DNA from: Paramoeba atlantica
Taxonomy: Eukaryota; Protista; Discosea
NCBI GenBank assembly: GCA_977017575.1
Contig: CDRNVI010000126.1
Span: 1 to 18,462 of the forward strand
Reading direction: 5' to 3'
DNA length: 18,462 nt
Shown: positions 1 through 10,743 of the stretch, piece after piece
Position numbering within the stretch: position 1 is the stretch's first letter
How the letters are laid out: every line of letters begins with the position of its first letter
Position numbers and translations under genes: made by a program
The notes under the pieces: generated by a model
Told to the model about the DNA's origin: nothing
What the model saw: only the letters and a program-made list of their open reading frames with translations
Database searches by the model: none

Positions 1-42
1 TTATTTCTTAATAAATCAACTTTTTTTCTCTTTTCTTTCTTT

Positions 43-1233
43 TTATATTATAGAAGATAAATACACTTTTCTAACATAACTCATTTTTACACCACAAACA
101 CCATACCGCATAATTAAAATAAACTGATTATAACTTAAAGGAGAATTTATATTACTTGGTGAAATAGCACCAAATTGTTTAATAAACTTTTTATTTCTTA
201 ACTTTTTTTTATATCTCCCTGCATAACCTATTTTAAAACCTATAATACCTCTTTCATTTTTTAATTTATTATGTAATAAATAAGCATAATGCTCTATTTT
301 ATAACCTACACGCAATCTTCATAAAATTAGCTTATATAAAGAATAAGTAGAATAATTTACTTCTTTTTTATCTATAAAATTAATTATAGGATTATTAACT
401 TTAAAAATTTTTTTTATAAAAAACGATAAAAAATTTTTTAATATAAAAATAAATTTTTTATCTAAAGTTAAATAATTAGTATTTTTAATATATTTTAATC
501 TATTTAATCAACGATTAGTTGGAATTCTTAATAAATTAAATCATTTATATTTAAAAATAAAATTGTTTAATCTTTTATTATTTTTATAAATATAAATATT
601 TTTATATTTATAAAAATATTTAAAATTATTAAAATTATTTATTGATTTTTTTTTTCATATATTTTTAAATATTTTCTTTCTATAAAACCCTCTACAAGAC
701 TTATTATAAAATAAATAATATTTATTATTATGCATGTCTCAAAAAAAATAATTAAATCAAACATATTTTTTATTTTTATAAAAATTTTTTCTTTTACTAT
801 AAAAAAATTTACGTAAAAAATTTAATATATATTTTTTTTTTTTTTTTTCTTTTAAAAAATTATATTTTTTTTTTCTTTTTGACTGTTTATACTTTAAAAA
901 AGATTTAAATATATATTTTTTTGACTGATTATAATATTTTTTTAATTTATATTTTTTTGACTTAATATCATTAATTAAAAATTTATTATCATCATTTAAT
1001 AAATTTAAATTTATTATCATCATTTTATATGTTTTAATTATATTTAACGGTAATATTTCTAAATTTAACTTGTTTCAATTAATTATAACTTTAATTCAAT
1101 TATAAAATTTAATAATATTATAATCTTCTAAAAAAAATAATTTATAATTTTTTTTTGTAATATTATTTCAAGACGAAATTCAATATTTACTTTTTGATAA
1201 TCTATATGTTATTGGATTAACTAAATGTCCCAT
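43..1233 (-). CDS. rps3: Ribosomal protein S3 (396 aa under code 4)
   Basis: Translated by hand as one open frame from ATG 1233 to TAA 43 with TGA=Trp. N-terminus MGHLVNPITYRLSKSKYWISSW matches the S3 start motif. C-terminal GFKIGYAGR...RYGVCGVK matches the S3_C domain. Joins supplied ORFs 43..315, 757..1023 and the end of 1180..1398. Confidence 0.9.
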
Positions 1234-1235
1234 AA

Positions 1236-1515
1236 TTATTTTTTCTTTTTCTTTATAACGTTTCTTTTTCTTTTTATCTTTTATTAATATATTTTTTGAA
1301 AAAAAAAAATAATTAATCATATAATTAACCATACTATCTATAATTTTAATTGGAATAAAATAACGACCATTATATACAGTTAATCTTTTATTAATCATAT
1401 AATTTTTTATTTTAAAACCTTTTACTTTTAACTTTAATCAAATAAATTTATCTATTTTTGAAAAATTTAAAAAATAAATAATATTTTTAATATTTTTAAT
1501 ATTATTTAAATTCAT
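1236..1515 (-). CDS. rps19: Ribosomal protein S19 (as sequenced it reads in frame into rps3)
   Basis: ATG 1515, then ...KFIW(TGA)LKLK...MINKRLTVYNGRYFIPIKIIDSMVNY, matching the S19 motif W...VHNG..PV.I...MVG. Lies between rpl2 and rps3. The expected TAA (1238-1236) is one base out of frame. Confidence 0.85.
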
Positions 1516-2244
1516 TTTTTTTTTTTTTCTTAGTTGTAGGTACAAATTTTAATACACGTCTTGTAAAATTTGGACAATCGACTCATGGAGAAGTTTTACC
1601 TCTACCACCACCATTAGGGTGATCTACACAATTTTTTGCTACACCTCTAACTGTTGATTTTTTACCTAATCTTATATTAACACCCGCTTTACCTTTTTTT
1701 ATTAAATTATGCCCTCTATTTGATACAATACCTATCATAGCTTTATTATATTTAAAAATTAATTTTTCTAAACCAGAAGGAAATCTTATTAAATAATAAT
1801 TTTCATTTATTTGTGATATTAATAAACAAAAAGAACCTGCAGATCTAGCTACTTTACTTCCTTTTTTTTTTTTTAATTCCATACAAGATATAAAAGAACC
1901 AAATTTTATATTTACTAAAGGATATGTAGAACCAACAATTTTATCTACTGAATTTAAAACCATACCTTCTTTCAAACCTTCGGCTGCTAAAATATAAGAT
2001 AAAAATCCATTTTTATAACATATTAAAGCTATATTTGCAGATCATTAGGATCATACTCAATTCTTAATACCATTGCAGGTATATCAACGTAAGTTCTAAA
2101 AAAATCAATTAATCTATATTTCTTTTTAACTCTAGTTCCCTTTGATTTAACTGTTTTATGACCCATATTATTAACTCCTGCATAATTTTTTAAACCAAAT
2201 GTTAAATATTTTATTGTTTTTGACTGTTTTTTCCTTTTTAACAT
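1502..2244 (-). CDS. rpl2: Ribosomal protein L2, with one apparent 1-nt deletion at 2043/2044
   Basis: KYRLIDF, RIEYDPN, ARSAGS, VRGVAKNCVDHPNGGGRGK motifs. Adding one base restores DPN-RSANIALI. Reads through TGA 1585-1583 to TAA 1504-1502. Confidence 0.9.
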
Positions 2245-2247
2245 ATA

Positions 2248-2667
2248 TTATTTTTTTCTTTTAAATCTAATATTAGTATAATTTGCTTCTATTAATCTAT
2301 ACATATCATTTTTTTTTTTTATAGATAAACCTTTATTATTATATACATCTATTAATTCATTTTGAATACGTTCTTGAAATTTTCGCTCAGTTCTAGAATT
2401 AATAGATCTAACTATTAATTTAACAGAATATGGTATAGAATCTTTTGATTTTAAAATATGTGGTATTAATAATTTTTTACCTCCTACTTTTTTAATATAA
2501 CAAAACATTCTAATGAATATATTAGTTTCTATTTGTTTAAAAAAAGTATTTAAACAACCATATATTTTTTTTATATTAATAAAAATTTTCTCTAAACTTA
2601 ATATAATTCGTTGTTTTTTTCCTTTTCTTATTAATAATTGTATTAAATATTTTATTCAATTATTCAT
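2248..2667 (-). CDS. rps7: Ribosomal protein S7 (139 aa under code 4)
   Basis: ATG 2667, MNNW(TGA)IKYLIQLLIRKGKKQ, then ERIQNELIDVYNNKGLSIKKKNDMYRLIEAN, the S7 signature. Frame checked continuous with supplied ORF 2248..2508. Confidence 0.9.
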
Positions 2668-3070
2668 CTTTTAAAATCTTTCCTTCCTTCTTTTTTTTTT
2701 TCAAACCATATTTAGAACGACTTTTATTTCGTTCTTCACGTTCTCAATTACTAAAATCATATTTTCCTTTTATCAATTTATAACGTACACCTGGAATATC
2801 TCTAGCACGTCCTCCTCTAATCATAACAACTGAATATTTTTGTAAATTATGACCTTGACCTGGTATAACTGCTATTAATTTTTTACCTGTTGATAACCTT
2901 ATTTTTGCTACTTTTCTTTTAGCGGAATTTGGTTTCTTTGGACTAACACTATTTCTAATTTCAATACAAACACCTCTTTTTTGTGGACAAGAATCTAACA
3001 AAAGAACTTTTGTACGTCTTTTTTTTTTTACTCTGCCTTTATTTCTTATTAATTGATTTAACGAAGCCAT
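2660..3070 (-). CDS. rps12: Ribosomal protein S12 (136 aa under code 4)
   Basis: [39 protein letters not shown]. Continues past TGA 2746-2744 with [10 protein letters not shown] to TAA 2662-2660, overlapping the rps7 start by 8 nt. Confidence 0.95.
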
Positions 3071-3438
3071 AATTTATATTTAAATATTATTAACGTATTA
3101 ATAATTTTTTTTTCATAATTGAATTTCATTAATTCATTAAATAAATAATACTTTTTATTTAAATTTAATAACAAACTATTATTTATTTGTTCTAAAGTTC
3201 CTTTACTATATAATTTATTTTTATATCATAAAAATAATAATTCATCATTATTTAAAAGATTAGTAAAATAATCTTTAAAATATTTCTTATTAATAATTAG
3301 AAAATATTTAATATTAACAAAAATTTTATATAATAAATTAATATTAGATAAATTCATTATGTTTAAATAAATTTGTTCAAAATTATTAAACGATTTATAT
3401 TGATTTACATAAAAAAAAGCTATAATATTATTATTCAT
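3058..3438 (-). CDS. 126-aa ORF between rpl11 and rps12, probably a divergent ribosomal protein L10
   Basis: Open from ATG 3438 to TAA 3060-3058 under code 4. Position matches the bacterial rpl11-(rpl1)-rpl10...rps12 order. Sequence resemblance to L10 is only weak. Confidence 0.5.
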
Positions 3439-3444
3439 ATTTTT

Positions 3445-3900
3445 TTATATAATTTTATTAATTTGTAAATTTGATATAGAAAAAAAACTATTTTTAAATC
3501 GCAATTTTATTCAATTTTGATTTAAATTATTATATAATTTAAATCAATAATAATTACGCAATATAACAATATCATATAGACTTCTTAATGTAATTGAATT
3601 TTCCATAATATTTTTATTAGTTAAACTCATAATATTTCAAACCAATTTTAATAAAGTACTAAAAGAAGGTCCTTTTATTAAAAAAACAAATGATTTATCA
3701 GTATATAAAAATAATCTAACATATATTAATAAATCTTCCGATCTATATATAAAAGTTTGTTTATTAAATTCATTACAAAATTCTTTGATTTTCTCTCTAT
3801 TCATATAAGGACTTAAATTAGGTCCTATATTTAAATTTTCAAAAGCGGCACCTCTAGAATTAATTCTTAAATTAAAAAATCGATTTAATTTTTTTTGCAT
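3445..3900 (-). CDS. rpl11: Ribosomal protein L11 (151 aa under code 4)
   Basis: IGPNLSP, KEFCNEFNKQT, YTDKSFVFLIKGPSFSTLLK and ITLRSLYDI match L11 motifs. Open through three TGA codons to TAA 3447-3445. Confidence 0.85.
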
Positions 3901-3933
3901 ATATATAATATTTAATATTATATTAATATTTGA

Positions 3934-5118
3934 TTAACGATCAACCTCCCCAAAAACTATATCTAAAGTACCTATAATAGTAACAACGTCGGCTATCATA
4001 TGTCCTTTTGATAATGTATCTAATAATTGTAAATGATTAAACCCTGGTGCTTTTATCTTACATCTTACCGGTCTATTTAATCCTCCCGAAACTAAAAAAA
4101 CACCAAATTCCCCTTTAGGAGCTTCTATAGATCTATAAACATCATTAAAAGGTATATTAACACCTTCTGTAAATAATTTAAAATGATGTATTAAAGATTC
4201 CATAGAAAACTTCATTAATGATCTTGAAGGTATAGTTAATTTATTATTGTAATTTGAAATAGGACCTTCTTTTAAATTATTTAAAAGTTGTAAAATTATT
4301 TTTAAACTCTCATGCATTTCTTTTAATCTAATTAAAAATCTATCAAAACAATCACCTTTATTTCCTATATAAGATTTAAAATCAACTTCATTATATAATT
4401 CATAAGGTTCACTTTTTCTAATATCTCAAGGAATACCAGATCCTCTTAAAATAACTCCACTACAACCTCAAGTTTGTGCTTGATTATAATCTAATATACC
4501 TACATCAACTAAACGTTGCTTTCATATTCTATTTCTATTTAATAATTCTTCCATTTCCATTAAAGAGTTAATAAAATTTTGTGTAAATTTATATAAATCA
4601 TCACAAAAAGACATAGGTATATCTTGACTAATACCTCCTGGTCTTATATATGCTGCATGCATTCTAGCACCTGATACCCTTTCGTAAAATTCCATTAATT
4701 TTTCACGTTCTTCAAAAAGTCATAAAAAAGGTGTCATCGCTCCAACATCTAACGCATGTGTAGTTAACCCTAAAATATGATTTAATATTCTAGTTATTTC
4801 ACCAAAAATCATACGTATCATCTTTGCTCTTATAGGTACATTAGTAGAACTTAAAGTTTCTACAGCTAATGAATAACAATGTTCTTGAGCCATCATAGAT
4901 ACATAATCTAATCTATCAAAATAAGGTAAAGCTTGTATAAAAGTCTTATATTCTATTAATTTTTCAGTACCTCTATGTAATAATCCTATATGAGGATCAG
5001 CTCTTTCTATAATTTCACCATTTAATTCTAATATTAATCTTAAAACTCCATGAGCTGCTGGATGCTGTGGTCCAAAATTAATTGTAAAAGTTTTTATTTT
5101 TTTAAATATTTTATTCAC
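3934..5118 (-). CDS. nad7: NADH dehydrogenase subunit 7 (49 kDa, NuoD), 394 aa, GTG start
   Basis: [64 protein letters not shown]. Hand translation is continuous with four TGA codons (TPFLW, NRIWKQR, TWGCSG, GIPWD). Confidence 0.97.
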
Positions 5119-5122
5119 GTTT

Positions 5123-5713
5123 TTAAAGTATATATTTTTTATTTAATAAAGGATTAGTAAAACTATATGATCTCATATTTTGCATTAATTCAATAGGCTC
5201 ATAAATCAAATATTGTTTATCTTCATCATACCTTATTTCTAAATAACCATTTAAAGGAAAATCTTTACGAAACGGATAACCTTCAAAACCATAATCGGTT
5301 AATATACGTCTTAAATCTTTATGACCCATGAAAAAAATACCATACATATCTCAAACTTCACGTTCTAACCAATCGGCACCTAAATAAATATCAGTAATAG
5401 ATCTTATAACATCTAATTTATCACAAGATACAGAAATAATTAATCTAGAATTATAATCTATACTTAATAAATTATAATCAATTTCAAAACGTTTAGCTCT
5501 ATCAATAAAATCACTACAGCAAATATCAGTTATTACCTTATATCTTAAAAAAGTATGCTTATTAAAAATATTTAAAACAAAACCTAAATAATCTTTTGAT
5601 ACTAATTTAATTTTAATAAATTCATCTGTTATTTTTATATGCGAAATATATTTAATTAGTAAATTTAATATATAATTTACAGCATAATTATTACTATTTT
5701 TTTTTAATAACAT
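5123..5713 (-). CDS. nad9: NADH dehydrogenase subunit 9 (30 kDa, NuoC), 196 aa
   Basis: [19 protein letters not shown](TGA)[31 protein letters not shown]. Joins supplied ORFs 5351..5713 and 5123..5347. Confidence 0.96.
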
Positions 5714-5725
5714 ATTTTTTTTTAT

Positions 5726-6049
5726 TTATAATATATATAATTTATATTTTTTAATATTACTAATTTTATATTTTAAAAATAGATTAAAAGGTGAAGTAAC
5801 AAAATATAATTGATTTAATCGTATATTTTTATACCTATAATATAATAAAAAACTTTCCATATTTAAATATTGTTTTTTATTAAAATTTATAATTAATCCT
5901 TTAATATTACGTATATATACATTCTTATATAATCAATAAAAATACTTTAATTCAATAGATATATTATTATTTAATTTTTTTTTATATTCTATAGATAATA
6001 AACTTAAAAAAGAATTATCTAAATAATTTATAATTTTTTTCTTTTTCAT
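5726..6049 (-). CDS. Unassigned 107-aa basic ORF
   Basis: ATG 6049 to TAA 5728-5726 with one TGA (Trp). Fills the space between rps11 and nad9 almost exactly. No motif recognised. Confidence 0.55.
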
Positions 6050-6052
6050 TTA

Positions 6053-6634
6053 TTATTTTCTTCTTCTCTTTTTCTTTCTTATACCATTATGAGCTTTTGA
6101 TTTTATAAAATTAATAAATTTTAAATTATAAGGTGTAGTCTCAAATAATTCTTTTAAATTTCTCAAAATTTTACGAGTATAATATTTATAAATTATATTT
6201 AATATGAATCATTTTTTCATATATAAATATTTAAAATCAATTTTTGAAGCTACAATTAATGAATTTAAAGCAAAATATGTTTTTTTTAATGATTTTTTAT
6301 AATAAAAACCACATGAAAAATTTTTTATTACATTACCATTAATATGCGAAAAATTTAAATAAGTATTTTTTCTAAATTTTAATATTAAATTAATAGTACA
6401 AAATTTCAAAGATAACCAATCTAATTTTGAACCCTTTAAAAAATTTTTTAGTATATTAATAAATAAATATCTTTTTTTAAAAAAAGATAATTTTGCTGCA
6501 TATATATACTTGCTTTTTAATTTTATATTAAACCTTTTTTTATATAATCAAGTAACTGAAGGTAATTTAAATCTATTAATTTTTATTAATTTAATTTTTC
6601 TATTTTTTATTAAACTTTCTTTTTTTTCAAACAT
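6053..6634 (-). CDS. rps11: Ribosomal protein S11 with Lys-rich N-terminal extension; start uncertain
   Basis: C-terminal KSKAHNGIRKKKRRR matches the S11 PHNGCRP.K.RR motif. Also RKNTYLNFSHINGNVIKNFSCG. Open from ATG 6634 to TAA 6055-6053 under code 4. Confidence 0.8.
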
Positions 6635-6751
6635 ATTTGTATTATTTCTTTCCTTAATTTTTCTATTTTTTTAAACTTTTTCTATTTTTTTAATTTTCTT
6701 TCTTTTTCTTTTTAATGATTCCATATATAATTAAATTTAATATAAGTTTTA

Positions 6752-6824
6752 TGTGGAGAATTGGGTTTGAACCAATGACCTAAAGCTTTTCAGGCTTTCG
6801 CTCTACCTACTGAGCTACCCCCAA
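6752..6824 (-). tRNA. trnF: tRNA-Phe(GAA)
   Basis: Cloverleaf folded by hand. Anticodon arm AAAGC-CTGAAAA-GCTTT. U1xC72 mismatch. Confidence 0.95.
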
Positions 6825-6857
6825 AAACTTTTTTTAATTACAAATTATTTTTTTATA

Positions 6858-6946
6858 AGGTAAGTATGGGATTCGAACCCATGATATTATATGAATAATA
6901 TATCGATTTAGCAGATCGACACCTTCAACCACTCGGTCAACTCACC
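6858..6946 (-). tRNA. trnS: tRNA-Ser(GCU)
   Basis: Anticodon arm TCGAT-CTGCTAA-ATCGA, long variable arm, fully paired acceptor stem. Confidence 0.93.
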
Positions 6947-6950
6947 TAAA

Positions 6951-7068
6951 ATATGATTTGTATTAATATAAATTATACACTCTTATAAAAAATTTTTACG
7001 AGAATATAATTTAATATATAATATTTTAAAGGGGTTCGATAAGCTTACCTTTAAAAAAATATAAATTT
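6951..7068 (-). ncRNA. Candidate divergent mitochondrial 5S rRNA
   Basis: About 120-nt spacer holding two hairpins: TTTTAAAGG-loop ending CGAAC(C)-CCTTTAAAA, like domain beta and loop C, and ATTATA...TATAAT with an internal loop, like domain gamma. Helix I could not be assigned with confidence. Confidence 0.5.
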
Positions 7069-8602
7069 ATTTTCCATCCAGCGGCAGGTTCCCCTACCAC
7101 TACCATGTTACGACTTCACCCTGATTACTATCAATACATTCAAATTAAATAATTAATAATATTTTATTAAAAATTAATTATCTCCAATAGATTAAAAATA
7201 ATTAATAAATATAAATTATTAATTATAATTTTTCCAATATTAACAACTTTCTTGGCGTGACGGGCAGTGTGTACTAGATTTGGATCCCATTTCACCGAAA
7301 CATTCTAATTTTCGATTACTGACGATTTCAACTTCATATTTTTATTTTCAAAAAATAATCCGAACTATAATAATCTTTATAATTTAAATAAATTTCACAA
7401 TTTATTTTTTTTTTGTAATTATTTTTGTAACACGTGTGTAGCCCAATTCATCAGGGCCATACCTACTTGACGTCCTCCTCTATTTCATTTAATATATAAT
7501 TAATAATACAATATAATAAAATATAATAATATAACATATAATAATATAACATATAATAATATAATAATATATCATATATTTTATTATATTGTAAGGATTA
7601 CACTCGTTACAGGACCTAACCATACATATCACTACACGAGCTGACGACAGCCATGCGACACCTGCTTAAAAAAATTATATAAAGTTTACTATATTTATTA
7701 TAATTTTTTTCAATCTAGAATTGGTAAGATTTTATGCGTTATATCAGATTAAACCACATGTTCCACCGTTCGTACCAAATCTCAGCCACTTTCTTTGAGT
7801 TCAAATCTTGCGATCATACTCCCCAGGCGGGATGCTTACGCGTTAGCTAAACCACAAAAATATTTCCTACAGTTAGCATCCATCGTTGTCTGTATGGACT
7901 ACAAGGGTCTCTAATCCTCTTTGATACCCATACCTTCGTACTTTAGTGTCAGTATAAATCTAATATATAGCTTTCACCTTCTGATAGTCTCCATAGTATC
8001 ATAAAATTTCACCTTTCCTCTATGAATACTATATATCTGAATAATACTCTTAGTTTACTAATATATAATTTATTCATTATTACTAATAACGCCTTTAAAA
8101 TTATATTATTAAAAAATAAACCACTTATCATACGCTTTACGCCCAGTAATGCTGAGTAACACCCGCATCCTCCGTATCACCGCGACTGCTGGCACGAAGT
8201 TAGTCGATGCTTATTCTTAAGTTTAACCTCATTATGCTCACTTAAACAAGAATTTTTCAATAAATTGTCATAATTCAGGTAGTTTCGCTGAATCAAGCTT
8301 TCGCTCATTGTTCAATATTCCTCACTGCTGCCTCCTAATGGAACTTGGGCCTTTTCTCATTCCCAATGTGGTTGTACCTCCTTCTAAGATCAACTAAGAA
8401 TTATCGGCTTGTTAGTCTATTACACCTCCAACTACCTAAATCTTTATAAACCAGTTTATAATATAAACATAATTATAAGTCCCGTTTTTATATATTACTC
8501 ACCCTTACGCCATTAATTTTAAATTTTAAATTTTAATTGACTAGCATGTGTTAAGCGAACTACTAGCATTTACTCAAAGCCAGAATAAAACATACAAGTA
8601 TT
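7069..8602 (-). rRNA. rns: Mitochondrial small-subunit rRNA (ends approximate)
   Basis: Minus strand has TTCTGGCT...AACACATGCTAGTC near the 5' end, GTGCCAGCAGTCGCGGT (530 loop), TAGTACACACTGCCCGTCA and AAGTCGTAACATGGTA near the 3' end. Confidence 0.97.
7521..7565. repeat. 15-bp tandem repeat x3 (ATATAATAATATAAC) inside rns
   Basis: Two exact copies at 7521-7535 and 7536-7550, and a third with one mismatch at 7551-7565. Confidence 0.8.
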
Positions 8603-8663
8603 TATATATAATATATTATATATTATATAATTTACATAAATTTTTTCCTTTTTTTTTATATTA

Positions 8664-8752
8664 AGATTATGGTGGGATTCGAACCCACGGTATAATTAAA
8701 ATTATACGATCCTTTTCAAGAGGATTACTTTAAACCACTCAGCCACATAAAC
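8664..8752 (-). tRNA. trnS: tRNA-Ser(UGA)
   Basis: Anticodon arm ATCCT-CTTGAAA-AGGAT, long variable arm. U2xU71 mismatch. Confidence 0.93.
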
Positions 8753-8766
8753 TTATTTTTATACAA

Positions 8767-8839
8767 CGACCTGGGCAGGATTCGAACCTACATCTGATTG
8801 GTTAACAGCCAATTATTTTACCATTGAAACTACCAAGTA
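8767..8839 (-). tRNA. trnN: tRNA-Asn(GUU)
   Basis: Anticodon arm ATTGG-CTGTTAA-CCAAT. U1xC72 mismatch. Confidence 0.94.
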
Positions 8840-8971
8840 TTGTTTTACAAATTACAAACTTTAATTTAAAGTTTGTTGTTTTATTACATATAATATTTTC
8901 AAAATATTATATATTTTATTTTTTCTTATATAGAAATTTTTTTTCTTTTTTCTTTTTTCTTTTTATAAATT

Positions 8972-10709
8972 AGATTGATTCTTAAAATTATTTAGCTCAA
9001 TCCTTCACAGGACTTACACACATAACTTAATTTCGTAATAATCTTTTACAATCAATACTTTTAAAATATTTTAGGATAATCTTCTTATATCTGATTGAAT
9101 TCAATAATTATATTATTAATATTTAGCTACTCGACTATGCAATTATAATTACAACCGATTTACCAGTGATATTCCTTCTCCAGTCCTTTCGTACTAAGAT
9201 AAGATTCCTTCAATTTTAATTAATTAATAGTAGATAGGAACCGAACTGTCTCACGACGTTCTGAACCCAATTCAGGTGCCACTTTAAAAGGCGAACAGCC
9301 TTACCCTTGGAACATTTTTCTTAACCAGGATGTGACCAATCGACATCGAGGTGCCAAACAACCCCGTCGATATCTTCTCTCCGGAGTCATAAGCCTGTTA
9401 TCCCTAGCGTACCTTTTATCCGTTGAGCAATATATTTTCCATTCAATTATATTGGATCACTATGACCGACCTTTTTAATAAAAAAGATCTCTGTTTGATT
9501 TGTAAATCTCACAGTTAAGTAATTTTTAGCCATTACACGCCAAAATTTTCTAATAAAATTTTAATTACCTTTGTACACCTCAGTTACATTTTATGAGGTC
9601 TCCGCCCCAGAGAAACTACCAAATATATTCTGTCAATAAAAAATTATTAAGTTTTAAAAATTAAATTCAAACTATTCCAAGATTATCTAAACAATTAACT
9701 AATATTAAAATTTTAAAACGATTAGTTTGTATCCTATAAATTTAATTTTTAATAACAAAATATAACTGCAGTAAAGGTGCATAGGGTCTTTCCGTCTAGC
9801 TATTAATACGCTGCATCTGCACAGAGAATTCAATTTCGCTAATATAATACCGGAGACAGTAGGATAGTCGTTACACCATTCATGCAAGGTCGAAACTTAC
9901 TCGACAAGGAATTTCGCTACCTTCGAACCGTTATATTTACAGCTGCCGTTTACTATTCATTCTATATAAAGCTAATACATTAAATAATATATTAACAATA
10001 ACAATTACCTTTATAGCACCGGGCAGGTGTCAGACCTTATACATCATTAATTAATTTTGCAAAGTCCTGTGTTTTTGTTAAACAGTCGCCATCCTCTATT
10101 CTGTTACATTTTTATATACATATAATGTATATATAAAAATACTCTTTCTCCCGAAGTTACAGAGTTAATTTGCCGAGTTCCTTCGATATTATTCAATTAT
10201 TCATCTTAGTATTCTCTACTAATCCTCCTGTGTAGGATTTAGTACGGTTTTATATATTAGTATTCTTTCTTGAATTTATTTTTTAAATATTTCAATCAAT
10301 ATATTCGAATATATCACACAATGTTTTACTATATTTATTAAAATTTGATCCTAAAATATTTAAAAAATAAACTGTCATCTACTAATAACGTTAAAAATAT
10401 TATGTTATCCTTATAACTCTTTAACTACCCTTCAATTATTACTATCATATTCATTTTAGGGACCGATTAACCTAATGCAGTTTATCTTGACATTAGAAAC
10501 CTTAGATTTTTAGATGATAATGTTTATAACATTATTTTTGCTACTTATGCCAGTATATTCAATTTTAATTTTATAATTTAACAATTTTTTTTTTCTTTTA
10601 TAAAACGTTCTACTACCAATATTATTATTTTAAATAATATTTTATAATTTCGGTATAATATTTATTTTCGTTATATTTTTGTATATAAATATCTATCAAT
10701 AGTGAGCTG

Positions 10710-10743
<34 letters not shown>

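Noticed and set aside
43-6409. Many short ORFs in the supplied track suggesting fragmented or pseudogenised genes
   Set aside because: Nearly all breaks are TGA codons in continuous frames and vanish under code 4. Only rpl2 has a clear frameshift.
9705-9887. 60-aa ORF, possible intron or homing endonuclease remnant
   Set aside because: It lies within conserved LSU rRNA sequence, has no LAGLIDADG or GIY-YIG motif, and rnl has no spare length.
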